From an uncultured Nitrososphaeraceae archaeon (GTDB lineage Archaea > Thermoproteota > Nitrososphaeria > Nitrososphaerales > Nitrososphaeraceae), in NCBI GenBank assembly GCA_963837175.1, contig CAWIMJ010000050.1, positions 288,001-352,000 of the forward strand: 64,000 nucleotides of DNA, written 5' to 3'. Under the pieces are notes generated by a model, which did no database searches, was not told the origin of the DNA, and was given only the letters and a program-made list of their open reading frames with translations. The position numbers and the translations under genes were made by a program. Of this stretch, positions 11,308 through 22,136 are shown in pieces. Within the stretch, counting starts at the first letter, position 1. Each line of letters opens with the position of its first letter.

Positions 11308-12195
11308 GTGAGTGTAGGCGACTATATCGAAGCATCCAAGCCCCGAATAGTGATAGTTCTGTTAATCACTGCTATAGCATCTATGCTGGCAGCTACTAGA
11401 TTCGACGATACGCCCTCAGTCGCATGGGATATTAGTTTGTGGAAACTAGGATTTCTCACTTTAGCAGGCGCCCTAGCATCTATGGGTTCAAGTGCTCTTA
11501 ATCACTATTATGATAAAGATATCGACAAAATGATGGATAGGACAGCACAAAGACCAATTCCCTCAGGAAGATTACCTGCAAAAAATGTATTAATCTATGG
11601 GCTAGCATTGAGCATTCTCTCGGTTGCCATTGCCTGGTTTACTTTAAATCCTGTTGCCACAGGTATGATTGCTCTTGGCATCTTTTTTTATGTTGTAGTT
11701 TATACGGTATGGTTAAAGCGCAATAATGCATCTAACATTGTTATTGGTGGCTTTGCAGGCAGTGCTGCATCGATGGCGGGATGGGCGACTGCAACAGGAT
11801 CCATAGATCTACTAGGATTTTTAGTTGGCTGGATTGTTTTTATGTGGACTCCTCCGCATTTCTGGTGTTTAGCAATTAAAGCAAAGGAAGAGTATGCCAG
11901 CGTTCGGGTACCTATGCTACCAGTTTTAATTGGCAACGAGAAAACTGCAACCTACATTTTTACAAATACTGCAATTCTATTGCCATATTCTATAGCACTT
12001 TACTTTTTTGGAATGGGACTCCTCTATACAGTCGTTGCCGCCATTTCAGGCTCACTTATGTTATTTTATCATTATAAATTAACAAAAAATCCGACGCCGG
12101 CTTTCGCTTGGAAGGCTTATAAAGTTACCGCACCATATTTAGTTATAATATTTGTTGCAATATCTTTGGATGCACTTTTTTATTATAGAATCTAA
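11308..12195 (+). CDS. cyoE: Heme o synthase (protoheme IX farnesyltransferase)
   Basis: KPRI, NHYYDKDIDKMMDRTAQRPIPSGR, YTVWLKR, WTPPHFW. Confidence 0.95.
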   Translation: MSVGDYIEASKPRIVIVLLITAIASMLAATRFDDTPSVAWDISLWKLGFLTLAGALASMGSSALNHYYDKDIDKMMDRTAQRPIPSGRLPAKNVLIYGLALSILSVAIAWFTLNPVATGMIALGIFFYVVVYTVWLKRNNASNIVIGGFAGSAASMAGWATATGSIDLLGFLVGWIVFMWTPPHFWCLAIKAKEEYASVRVPMLPVLIGNEKTATYIFTNTAILLPYSIALYFFGMGLLYTVVAAISGSLMLFYHYKLTKNPTPAFAWKAYKVTAPYLVIIFVAISLDALFYYRI

Positions 12196-12250
12196 TTTTT
12201 GATGTCTTTTATTGCTATTGACTATTATTATTATTAGTATTATTAGATTA

Positions 12251-12475
12251 TCAAGTTGCGTTAGAATCTATTACCGCTTCAACTCGTCGTTTATCTTTGG
12301 TGACCCATGATACTCGTATTAGCCCATATATTTCTAAGTCTAATAATGTTTTATTCAAATTTGTTTCAGTCAACGAAACACCCTCTTTAATTAGGGTGTT
12401 CAATAGATCGGAATCGTTCATGTTTCCTGCCTGTTTTATTTTCTCGTAAATTAAGTTACGTAAAGGATACTTCAT
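12251..12475 (-). CDS. Small archaeal winged-helix-like protein
   Basis: 74-aa ORF with LNKTLLDLEIYGLIRVSW helix-wing pattern. Confidence 0.7.
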   Translation of the reverse strand: MKYPLRNLIYEKIKQAGNMNDSDLLNTLIKEGVSLTETNLNKTLLDLEIYGLIRVSWVTKDKRRVEAVIDSNAT

Positions 12476-13089
12476 ACCTTATCAGTGACCATGAAGCACT
12501 TTGTTCATTTTAATAGTATCGATCATGAACTGAATTTAAATCAATGTTAATTATAGATAACAACCTAGCAAATGATTATTGAGTATTATTAAAACAACCT
12601 AATATGGATAGGAATTGTAAATATATATTGTGAAGATTCACTTTTACATTAAATCAGATTCAAAAAATCTCTCCCGGTTTGATAACTTATCATTTAGGGT
12701 GGTTTTGTGCTAATATTGTAATTACAGAAACGCGGCTGCTGCATGAATTAATATTCATCAAAATACCTCATTTTTTATACCATATCCTAGAAACGTTTTA
12801 AACTAATAAAATCAGCAAAAGATAGATAATTCCCCATATATCGATAACTCTCTTGCATTTATGCCGCATTTCATAGTCATATCTGATGTTTATCAGCAAT
12901 ATGTCTCCTAACAGATAACTCATTACACCTTTGCCAAGTTTTACTTGAATATAACCCCCCAACTTTCGTAACGTAGATGCAGCAAGGAGCATAGGTACAG
13001 CTCTGTAATATCTCAAGTAAAATTATTAATTTTAACTCCAACTAGAAAAGATTAATTATCTCAAATTTCTCCAAGCTACTCATATAGTA

Positions 13090-14442
13090 ATGACTGATTG
13101 GGATTTGTTGACTCCTGGTATAGGACTTACTTCTATAGGGATTGTGGGAGTGGGGATTGCCCTCTCTGGTATTGCCAAGACATTTCTAGATGGGATGCAT
13201 GCCGTTTCTTTACTGACGATGTTTTTTGGTATGATTTTTCTTGCGTCCGGTTTGTTCAAAGATGGTTTTCCAACCTCAGGAAGGGCAAAGTCAGCTACAT
13301 TTATTACACTTGGTTTTCTAGTAACTTTTGGCTTTACAGCAGCCGTAACTGGCGGTACGCAGACTCCAAGTATTTACGCATATATAGGCTTGATGATGTT
13401 GATTTCGATTCCTGCCACGGTTCTTGTTGTTGCATCTTATAAAAGGACTCCATATATCAAAGCGCTTGCAGTAATTTTCATTGGAGCTGCAATAGTCGGA
13501 GGTTCTGTATTCTATGCATTTGGATTAGTTACACCAAAAACTCCAGGTGGAGAGGAACAGAAGGGAAATACAACCGGGAATAATAGTCAAGAGAAAAAAC
13601 AACAACAACAACAAACTAATAAACCAGTAGAATTGACAAAGGTAACAATATTGCCTGGTGCCTCTGCACAAGGAAATCCATCTTATGATCCAGCGGATCT
13701 CAAGGTTCCAATAGGAGCAGGAATACAGTGGATAAATAATGACAACGTTCCGCATACTGTCACAAGTTTAAAGGATGATGGTAAATCATTTGACTCTTCT
13801 ATAATAAAACCTAATGGAAATTATACACTTGATACATCAGCATTAGGTAACTCGGAATATGAATATTTTTGTACTATCCATCCTTATATGAAAGCCAAAT
13901 TTATAATGAGTACAGGTGCTCCTTCTGCACTGGCCCCAATCGCTCAGAATAATTCTAGTTCTGGAAATACTTCTACAACTGGATCCGAACAGACTACTGC
14001 TGACGTTACTATGAACAATACCTCAATTGGAAATAGTAGTAGAGAGGAAATTAGTACTGCTAAAAATAATAATTATACAAAGGAACAGCCACAAGTATCT
14101 AATACAAATGAAACTTCATCTACTAATATGACAGCCGGTATAGCTACTTCTTCTATCTCAACAGTTTCCATAGCTTCTGGAGCTTCTCTACCATCTAATC
14201 GAGAATTCTATGTTCCAAAGATTGTAGAAACCAGTGTAGGAAGTATGATTACCTGGAAGAATGAAGACTTTACACCTCATACTGTGACCTCGGGAAACAT
14301 GACTACAGGAAAGACTGGGGTTTTTGACTCAAACATTATGCAAAAAGGATCTACCTTTTCATTCTTATTTGATAAAGTTGGTGACTATAATTACTTCTGC
14401 GCAATTCATCCCTTTATGACGGGTAGAATTGTCGTAAAATAA
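13090..14442 (+). CDS. Membrane-anchored protein with two plastocyanin-like type-1 copper domains
   Basis: About 5 N-terminal TM segments; PHTVT...YFCTIHPYM and PHTVT...YFCAIHPFM; Ser/Thr/Asn-rich linker. Confidence 0.9.
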   Translation: MTDWDLLTPGIGLTSIGIVGVGIALSGIAKTFLDGMHAVSLLTMFFGMIFLASGLFKDGFPTSGRAKSATFITLGFLVTFGFTAAVTGGTQTPSIYAYIGLMMLISIPATVLVVASYKRTPYIKALAVIFIGAAIVGGSVFYAFGLVTPKTPGGEEQKGNTTGNNSQEKKQQQQQTNKPVELTKVTILPGASAQGNPSYDPADLKVPIGAGIQWINNDNVPHTVTSLKDDGKSFDSSIIKPNGNYTLDTSALGNSEYEYFCTIHPYMKAKFIMSTGAPSALAPIAQNNSSSGNTSTTGSEQTTADVTMNNTSIGNSSREEISTAKNNNYTKEQPQVSNTNETSSTNMTAGIATSSISTVSIASGASLPSNREFYVPKIVETSVGSMITWKNEDFTPHTVTSGNMTTGKTGVFDSNIMQKGSTFSFLFDKVGDYNYFCAIHPFMTGRIVVK

Positions 14443-14453
14443 AGAAAAGAGTA

Positions 14454-14897
14454 ATGAAAAATTTAAGTAGAGAAACGCAGAACCGAATCAAGTCCTTAAT
14501 TCTTACTCAAATAGAACTTAACAAATTAGTATATTTTGCGAATAAATCATTACCCAATGAATCTTGTGCACTTTTACTGGGCAACTATAATAACGAAAAT
14601 GAAATCAAGGTTATTGACTCACTTGCAATGAGAAATTCTGATGAATCACCTAGAAGCTTTAGAATAGAATCTCAAGAATTAATTAACGGGTATTTGACAG
14701 CAGAGAAGATGAATTTAAATGTAGTTGGAATATTTCATTCACATCCCGCTCCGCCTATCCCGTCGTCAACAGATAAAATTTTTATGGAAATTAATCCTGT
14801 CGTATGGTTGATCTATTCTACTCTTATTAATCAATCTAGAGCATATATTTTTGAACAAAAGATACGCGAAGTGCAATTAAAAGTGATTAAGGAGTAA
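14454..14897 (+). CDS. JAMM/MPN+ (Mov34) metalloprotease
   Basis: PNESCALLLG...GIFHSHPAPPIPSSTD (E, HxH, D motif). Confidence 0.9.
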   Translation: MKNLSRETQNRIKSLILTQIELNKLVYFANKSLPNESCALLLGNYNNENEIKVIDSLAMRNSDESPRSFRIESQELINGYLTAEKMNLNVVGIFHSHPAPPIPSSTDKIFMEINPVVWLIYSTLINQSRAYIFEQKIREVQLKVIKE

Positions 14898-16185
14898 GTC
14901 GCTCGGTATCACGAGGGTACAAAACTACGTCCCTAACGTTTTGTGAATTGGTTAATACCATCATAAGTCTGTCAAAACCAAGTCCCCACCCAGAATGTGG
15001 AGGCATTCCCCAATCAAATGCCTTAAGATGTTCTACGAAGTTAGCAGGGTTCAATCCTTGCTCCGCTAATCTTGCTCTCAATTTAGAAGGATCATGCTGT
15101 CGTCTTCCTCCTGAGACCAGCTCCAAATATCCATATTGCAAGTCAAATGACTTTGAAAGCCTTAAATTATCACCTTTTTCATGAATATAAAAGGGCTTTA
15201 ATTCCAGAGGCCAATCCATAATAAAATAAAAGCCTTGATGTTTTTCTCCAAGCTTTCGGAGGGAAGCATCTGATAAGTCACTGCCAAAATCTATCTTTTC
15301 ATCCTCCTGAGCTAGTTGTTCTAAACATTGTTCATATGTCAATCGGTCTATCTTATGCTCAGGAAGAGAGATTTTACTTGCTCCACCAAGTGCTTTTATC
15401 TCTTCCTTGCAATTCTTTAAAAGTCCCGAAAAAAGATTGCGCAGGACTTCTTCGACGATGTCCATAACGTCTTCATAGTCCATAAATGCAGCTTCAATGT
15501 CTATACTTGTAAATTCTGACAGATGCCTCACAGTGTGTGAGTTCTCTGCCCTAAAGTACGGGCCAATTTCAAAGACTTTGTCAAGAGCCAAAGATAATTG
15601 CTCTTTATATAGTTGAGGGCTCTGAGCTAGGTATGCTTTAGTTTTGAAATATTCAAGACTGAATAAATTAGCTCCTCCTTCGCTTGCACTCCCTATAACC
15701 TTTGGAGTAGTAACCTCAACGAACCCTCTCGATCGCAAGGTTTCTCTGATATTATGGAGAGCTTCCGACCTGAGCCGAAAAATGGCAGATATCTTGGGAT
15801 TTCTTAGATCCAGTGCTCTGCAATCCAAGCGTTTATCAAGCGCAGATTCAACTCTACCTGTGGGATCTATTGGCAAAGGCTGAACTGCTTTAGTAAGAAG
15901 TTTAAACTCCTCCACCTTTACCTCTACTGGAAAGTCTTTAGCTTTGGTATTTTGTACCAAGCCTGATAGGATCACAGCGCTCTGTCTTGGCGTTTCTCTT
16001 GCTAGGTCCAAGTTATCTCCTGTAACTATTGCTTGGGCTGCACCAGAACTATCTCTTATAATTAAAAATGCAAGTCTGCCAAGATCGCGTATGTCTTCTA
16101 TCCAACCAGCTATCTTTACTTTATGATCAACCACACTCTGATTCAGATCACTTGTAAAATGTGATCGATGAATACCTTCTATCAT
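14887..16185 (-). CDS. aspS: Aspartyl-tRNA synthetase, archaeal type
   Basis: YLAQSPQLYK, FRAENSHT.RH, GMPPHSGWGLGFDR class II motifs. Confidence 0.96.
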   Translation of the reverse strand: MIEGIHRSHFTSDLNQSVVDHKVKIAGWIEDIRDLGRLAFLIIRDSSGAAQAIVTGDNLDLARETPRQSAVILSGLVQNTKAKDFPVEVKVEEFKLLTKAVQPLPIDPTGRVESALDKRLDCRALDLRNPKISAIFRLRSEALHNIRETLRSRGFVEVTTPKVIGSASEGGANLFSLEYFKTKAYLAQSPQLYKEQLSLALDKVFEIGPYFRAENSHTVRHLSEFTSIDIEAAFMDYEDVMDIVEEVLRNLFSGLLKNCKEEIKALGGASKISLPEHKIDRLTYEQCLEQLAQEDEKIDFGSDLSDASLRKLGEKHQGFYFIMDWPLELKPFYIHEKGDNLRLSKSFDLQYGYLELVSGGRRQHDPSKLRARLAEQGLNPANFVEHLKAFDWGMPPHSGWGLGFDRLMMVLTNSQNVRDVVLYPRDTERLTP

Positions 16186-16203
16186 AACTTATCTTACTCC
16201 ATT

Positions 16204-16719
16204 TTATCTCCTATTTGACTCTAAATCTACAAGTAGCTCTATATTTCTTACAGTTTTAGTTATTTTCTGTATTTGTTCTACATTAATGTCTGATATTCGC
16301 ATATTCTGTGCGTTGATTATTACCTTAGTTAACTTATTTCCATCTGGAAGCCAAATGAGGTTGATCGTTAGTATTCTAGCCGGAAAGAAAAGGTTTTCTA
16401 GAAATCTCTTATCTGTAGCTTCAGCTTCTATAAACCAAACTTTGCTTTGAAATTGTGCTTGAATTCTTCTAGCCAATTCTGCATTTGCGCGTAAAGTGCT
16501 TAAATCAGATCTTTGTAACACTAAAACTACATCTCCGTTTACTTGATAAGCATTGACCATTGTGAACTTATTGATTTCTTGATCACGTTCTGCTAATTTT
16601 ACAAGTTTCACTGCGCATTCAACATCAACTTGAGTCAAGTGTCCTGACCGAAGTTTATCCTCGCATTTTGAGCAAAGCGTTCCAGTTTTTGCATCAAAAG
16701 AACATATTGGAGTTTTCAA
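16204..16719 (-). CDS. Archaeal NusA-like KH protein with N-terminal Cys motif
   Basis: MKTPICSFDAKTGTLCSKC...INLIWLPDG. Confidence 0.75.
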   Translation of the reverse strand: MKTPICSFDAKTGTLCSKCEDKLRSGHLTQVDVECAVKLVKLAERDQEINKFTMVNAYQVNGDVVLVLQRSDLSTLRANAELARRIQAQFQSKVWFIEAEATDKRFLENLFFPARILTINLIWLPDGNKLTKVIINAQNMRISDINVEQIQKITKTVRNIELLVDLESNRR

Positions 16720-17166
16720 TGATTATTACTTAATACAAGCTTGGGTTATATCATTCAACTGCCAAATCTTTCTTATATTCATATAATAGAAATGAGTTTA
16801 TTTATTATAATAGAGAAAATAGGATGTTAATCAATCATTTCTATTTTTTAGAAGTTCTATATCTATTGGTTTATATTATATTTTAGAATGTAAATTTCTT
16901 TTTGATAGGATATTTTTAGATTTGAAGGTTTACAAGCATATATATGAAAAAGGCTTATTATTTTTATTTCAATATATTTTTTTTAAACTAGGAATAAGAT
17001 TGAATCCTTATAACGATTATTGGTTAAGTAATATATGTCAGCTCCAACTATTTCTGCCATCTCTAAATGGATATGAACAGATCTTTTTCGACTTTTTATA
17101 AAGAAAGAAACTATATGATTCATTTATTAGACTTCAATGTTAAAGAATGACGGTAGCTGACTCACT

Positions 17167-18120
17167 CTGAAAAATGTAAAACTTTCTGTATCAGAACTCA
17201 AAGCATTCTATTTTACTACTAAGGGTATCATAAAGGCGGTAGACGACATTAATTTTGAAATTTTCGATGGTGAATCCTTAGGAATCGCCGGTGAGTCAGC
17301 ATGTGGAAAGAGTAGCCTTGGCGCTGCTCTTTTAAGAATATTGCAACCGCCTGGGAAGATAGCGAGAGGGAGTATCAAGTTAAATGATGAAGATATTATA
17401 CAACTATCAGATTCTGATTTTGACAAAAAAATTCGTTGGAAAAAGATTTCTATGGTTTTTCAGGGTGCTATGAATACGCTTGATCCTGTTTACACGATAG
17501 GGGATCAAATGAAAGAGATCATGGAGCAACATGAGTTTAAAGGAAATATCAATAGTATAATTTCAGAATCTCTAAAACAAGTTGGATTAGATAAGTCTAC
17601 CGTTGAAAAATACCCTCATCAATTAAGTGGAGGAATGAAACAACGCGTAGTCATAGCAATGGCTCTTCTCCTTGATCCGGAGGTGGTGATCGCAGACGAA
17701 CCGACTACTGCATTAGATGTTCTAGTCCAAGCCCAAATAATGAGTTTGCTGAGAAGATTAAAAAATGAAAAAGGAATGACAATAATTCTTATTACACATG
17801 ACCTTGCTGTTATTTCAGAGATCGCTGATAAGATCGCAATAATGTATGCAGGTCAAATTGTAGAATTTGGAACCTCTTCTAACATATATAAAAACGCTAA
17901 GCATCCGTATACTCAAGCATTACTTTCGGCTATTCCCAAATTGCATTCAACTGACAAGCAAATGCACTTCGTTAAAGGCAGTCCACCAAATCTGTTGAAC
18001 ATAATATCGGGCTGCCGGTTCTATTCGCGATGTCCACATGCAATGGAAATTTGTAAAGAGGATCCACCAGAGATCAAAACAGAAAATAATGGCTATGTAA
18101 GATGCTGGCTTTACAAATAA
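17167..18120 (+). CDS. Oligopeptide/dipeptide ABC transporter ATP-binding subunit (OppD/DppD-like)
   Basis: Frame is open upstream of the ORF-track start and includes KAVDDINF and Walker A GESACGKS; LSGGMKQR, IADEPTTALD, HPYT. Start codon uncertain (CTG at 17167). Confidence 0.9.
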   Translation: MKNVKLSVSELKAFYFTTKGIIKAVDDINFEIFDGESLGIAGESACGKSSLGAALLRILQPPGKIARGSIKLNDEDIIQLSDSDFDKKIRWKKISMVFQGAMNTLDPVYTIGDQMKEIMEQHEFKGNINSIISESLKQVGLDKSTVEKYPHQLSGGMKQRVVIAMALLLDPEVVIADEPTTALDVLVQAQIMSLLRRLKNEKGMTIILITHDLAVISEIADKIAIMYAGQIVEFGTSSNIYKNAKHPYTQALLSAIPKLHSTDKQMHFVKGSPPNLLNIISGCRFYSRCPHAMEICKEDPPEIKTENNGYVRCWLYK

Positions 18121-18327
18121 ATTTGATAAAAATTACACGAAAAATTAAACTAATATGTATTAACCATATTGCTTGTGATAAGCAAATACTATAAAAATAT
18201 CAAGTATAGGATATATTGATCACTCATCTGATAGATGACTGCTGATAAAATTTAATAGACACTTCAGGTATTATTCCCGCTTCTTCTATACTCAGGTTTA
18301 TATCTCAATGGGATGTTTAATTAAACA

Positions 18328-19575
18328 ATGATACAGGAAAGCACTCTCGACGTTTTTAAAATTCGGGAAGATTTTCCAATATTGAAACGTAAGATTAACG
18401 GAAATAAAACACTTGTTTATTTTGACAATGCCGCTACTACACAAAAACCGATTTCAGTTATCAATGCAATTGTTGATTATTATACTAATTACAATTCTAA
18501 TATTCATAGGGCTGTACATCAAATGGCAGAAGAAGCCACACTAGAATTTGAAAGCACGAGACAAAAGGTTGCAGAATTCATTAATGCTCGCTCGACAGAT
18601 GAAATAATCTTTACGCGCAACGCAACTGAGGCGATAAATTTAGTATCATATTCTTGGGGTCGGCCAAATATTAACAAAAATGATATAATCGTAATTACAG
18701 AAATTGAACATCATAGCAATATTGTACCTTGGCAAATTCTTGCTGAGGAAAAAGGAGCACTAGTAGAGTACATCGGAATTGACAATGACGGCTATCTGGA
18801 CATGACAGAATATGAAGAAATTATTCAAAGCGATAAAGTAAAATTGGTTTCCATCAGTCATATGTCAAATGTACTAGGTACTATCGTGCCTATAGAGAAA
18901 ATTATCACTAAGGCTCATAGTAAAGGAATTCCAGTGCTTGTAGATGGAGCTCAATCCGTTCCTCACATGCCAGTAGATGTTCAGAGAATGAATTGTGATT
19001 TTTTGGTGTTCTCTGCCCATAAAATGCTCGGCCCTACAGGTGTCGGCGTTCTATATGTAAAAAGAGAGATACTCGATAAAATAAAGCCGTTTATAGGCGG
19101 AGGAGATATGATAAAAGAAGTCCACAAACATGCGATCGTATATAATGATCTACCCTACCGATTCGAAGGGGGGACTCCTAACATTGCAGATGTGATTGGA
19201 TTTGGATCCGCAATAGATTATCTTAATAAAGTTGGCATGGATAAGGTACGGGAACATGAAATTGATATTACCAGTTATGCCATAAAAGTTGTAACTGATG
19301 TCAAGGGAGTTACACTATATGGTCCCTCTAATCCTAGTCATAGAGGTGGAATATTGTCTTTTAATATTTCTGATATTCATCCACATGACCTTGCTACTAT
19401 AATGAATGAACATGGTGTGGCAATAAGATCCGGACATCATTGTGCGCAGATACTCATGGAACGATTGGATGTCTCAGCAACGTCACGAACAAGTTTTTAT
19501 ATCTATAATACGAAAGAAGAGGTCGATATATTCATCAATGCACTTGATTATGCTAGGAGGGTATTTAAAATATGA
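18328..19575 (+). CDS. sufS: Cysteine desulfurase, SufS type
   Basis: YFDNAATTQKP, SAHKMLGPTG, RSGHHCA. Confidence 0.95.
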   Translation: MIQESTLDVFKIREDFPILKRKINGNKTLVYFDNAATTQKPISVINAIVDYYTNYNSNIHRAVHQMAEEATLEFESTRQKVAEFINARSTDEIIFTRNATEAINLVSYSWGRPNINKNDIIVITEIEHHSNIVPWQILAEEKGALVEYIGIDNDGYLDMTEYEEIIQSDKVKLVSISHMSNVLGTIVPIEKIITKAHSKGIPVLVDGAQSVPHMPVDVQRMNCDFLVFSAHKMLGPTGVGVLYVKREILDKIKPFIGGGDMIKEVHKHAIVYNDLPYRFEGGTPNIADVIGFGSAIDYLNKVGMDKVREHEIDITSYAIKVVTDVKGVTLYGPSNPSHRGGILSFNISDIHPHDLATIMNEHGVAIRSGHHCAQILMERLDVSATSRTSFYIYNTKEEVDIFINALDYARRVFKI

Positions 19576-20000
19576 GTGACGATATCTATCGAGAAATTAT
19601 CTTAGACCATTACAGAAATCCCCGAAATAAGGGCAAATTACCACAAGCTGATGTTAGTACACACGATAGCAATCCTCTATGTGGAGATGAAATTGACATT
19701 CATTTGAAGGTTGAACAGGGTAAAATCAAGGATATAAAATTTGAAGGCAGAGGGTGTGCAATTAGTCAGGCTAGTGCTTCTATGCTTACTGAAATGGTTA
19801 TGGATAAACCTTTGACTGCAGTTAAGGATCTGGCTAAGGATGATATTTTAGAAAATATCGGACTTATGAACCTCGGACCTGCAAGAATAAAATGTGCTTT
19901 ACTGTCACTAAAAGTGCTCAAGATGGGTATGATAAACTATTATACAGATAAAGATCCTGACTCTGCAAAGAAAATAGAGGATGATTCAAAACTCTATTAA
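19572..20000 (+). CDS. sufU: SufU/IscU-type Fe-S scaffold / sulfur-transfer protein
   Basis: NPLCGD, GCAISQASAS, RIKCA; ATGA overlap with sufS. Confidence 0.9.
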   Translation: MSDDIYREIILDHYRNPRNKGKLPQADVSTHDSNPLCGDEIDIHLKVEQGKIKDIKFEGRGCAISQASASMLTEMVMDKPLTAVKDLAKDDILENIGLMNLGPARIKCALLSLKVLKMGMINYYTDKDPDSAKKIEDDSKLY

Positions 20001-20254
20001 CATGACATGTGTATAATATTAAATAAGTTCATGATCTATCCAAACTTTTAATTGTATACATATGTAATAATTACTACGGTAGTTAGCTCAGTAATTTTCA
20101 AATGAAAAGGGCTCGTCAGATTATAGATATATTTCAGGCTGCCAATTCGCATTTTATATTATTTAATGCTGAATATAGGATACATATATGTATCTAAACA
20201 GATCGTTAAAATCTTGTTTATTTTCTCTATGAATAAACAATTAAAAATGAATTA

Positions 20255-20989
20255 TTGTTAGAGTATTTAGTATTGATATTGTCTGATTTTTGGCCATCAT
20301 GGATAATTCCAATCAGGTCAACTCAGTTTTTAGTTTTAGTAATTTCCTTTGTTATTCTTACTATACTAGTAATATCAGGCTCCACGTCAGCTATTGATAC
20401 TGTAATTAGCCGGTACTTCAAGTCTATTCAAGGAAATGAGAAATTAGATGCATTAATGATAACGGTTACCACATTTGGAGATGTTTTCTCATTAGTTATC
20501 ATTGCGATTATTCTCACTATAGTTCGAAGAACTAGAAAAATAGGTATGATTTTTCTGCTATTAATTGTTATACTTACGATTCTTATAATGTATATCAAGC
20601 CGTTGGTGGGTAGGCCAATACCACCATATGGATTCCAACCTGAATTGCAGTTATCTAAAAACTTTGAAATTGAAAATGACAGTCCAGTTCCATTTGCACG
20701 TGATCTGTCCTATCCTTCCAATCATGTGGCGCAAGCAACAGCCTTTGCATTTATTATTGGGTTCGCATTGAATAAAAAATCAAGTACCATCGGATTGATA
20801 ATTTGGTTTTTTCCAACAATCATAGCAATCACCAGATTATATGTAATGCAGCATTATCTGACTGATGTAGTAGGAGGGTTTCTTCTGGGATTGATTGTTT
20901 CTATAGTATTGAGTAATGTAATGAGACTTGACGAACCTTTTTTGATGTCAAGATTCAAAGGAAAAGAAGATCAAACCAGAACCTATTAA
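20255..20989 (+). CDS. PAP2-family membrane phosphatase
   Basis: KPLVGRP, SYPSNH, TRLYVMQHYLTDV. Confidence 0.88.
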   Translation: MLEYLVLILSDFWPSWIIPIRSTQFLVLVISFVILTILVISGSTSAIDTVISRYFKSIQGNEKLDALMITVTTFGDVFSLVIIAIILTIVRRTRKIGMIFLLLIVILTILIMYIKPLVGRPIPPYGFQPELQLSKNFEIENDSPVPFARDLSYPSNHVAQATAFAFIIGFALNKKSSTIGLIIWFFPTIIAITRLYVMQHYLTDVVGGFLLGLIVSIVLSNVMRLDEPFLMSRFKGKEDQTRTY

Positions 20990-21351
20990 TAATCTACTAC
21001 ATTGTTTTTAGCAAAGAATCGTTCTTGAACAGTTGGATTGAAAAGAAGCCAGCCATAATGATTTTCATCATGTATATATCTAATTTCTTTAAGGTTTACT
21101 TTTAGTTTATTCTTCTTTAGAGCCAGCAAGAATTCTGCCTGCAGAGCCAGTCCTATATTTTTGGCTTTTGCTGTTAATAATTCTTCTCCTCTAGGAAGTA
21201 ATAATCGATAGCTGAAATTCCCTTGCTCGGTAAGGTTGGCGTATGCTTGTACCATGTTGATCACAGCGCTGTGAATTACTGAATGATCTACAATATCAAT
21301 TGTTTGATGAACGGGAAAATTTATGTATAAGGAAGGATTTATCTTCGTCAT
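20986..21351 (-). CDS. Hypothetical protein
   Basis: 121-aa ATG ORF with globular composition, convergent with PAP2. Confidence 0.65.
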   Translation of the reverse strand: MTKINPSLYINFPVHQTIDIVDHSVIHSAVINMVQAYANLTEQGNFSYRLLLPRGEELLTAKAKNIGLALQAEFLLALKKNKLKVNLKEIRYIHDENHYGWLLFNPTVQERFFAKNNVVDY

Positions 21352-21686
21352 AACATAAATGAAAGCACTCCTGCATAAAATTTTTTAGAAATAAGTGTTT
21401 TCGATTTTGTTTATCTATGGCTGAAGGTCTTAAATTTATTTTATTCTTGTTTTAATGTATATATACACAATTTAGAAATATAGAAAAGTAACTAATTCGT
21501 TCAAATGACTTAATTGTTTACTTTAGTATCTATAGGCATATTAATAATATATCTTTTCATGTCTCCCAAACAAAATAATCTCACCCTTTTAACCCTCGGT
21601 TTTTATTGAAAATATTTCAATAAAATATATTTATACATATATAGCAATATAAATAATGCTCTCTTGTAATAAAAAAGGTATATATA

Positions 21687-22136
21687 TCAATAATTTCTGC
21701 GTTTGGCTGACCAGAAAGCTCTCCCTGATTTTCTCCATTCTCTGTAGTCAGCAAGAATTTGATCATGATCAAACGCAAGTTTTCTCCTTTTTAATTCATC
21801 TACATTCACCCATTCAATATCCTGTGAATCGTCGCCAGGCTTTGGATCTCCGCTGAGAATTGTACCTACGAATACTACCGACAAGATGTGTCCTCTAGGA
21901 TCTCGTTTTGGATCTGAATAAACGCCCAAGATATCAATAGGTTCTACCTCTAATGAGGTCTCTTCGGCTGCTTCACGTTTTACTGCATCTTCTACTTTTT
22001 CGCCTTCATTTACAAAGCCGCCAGGTAAAGCTAGATAATCCTTGAATGGATCTTTTTTTCTTTTTATTAGCAAGATATTAGAATCCTTTTGCAGAATAAC
22101 GTCGACTGTAGGCACAGGATTTTTATGGTCTGCCAT
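21687..22136 (-). CDS. NUDIX hydrolase (ADP-ribose pyrophosphatase-like)
   Basis: Nudix box GGFVNEGEKVEDAVKREAAEETSL; RDPRGH; LAFDH. Confidence 0.92.
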   Translation of the reverse strand: MADHKNPVPTVDVILQKDSNILLIKRKKDPFKDYLALPGGFVNEGEKVEDAVKREAAEETSLEVEPIDILGVYSDPKRDPRGHILSVVFVGTILSGDPKPGDDSQDIEWVNVDELKRRKLAFDHDQILADYREWRKSGRAFWSAKRRNY

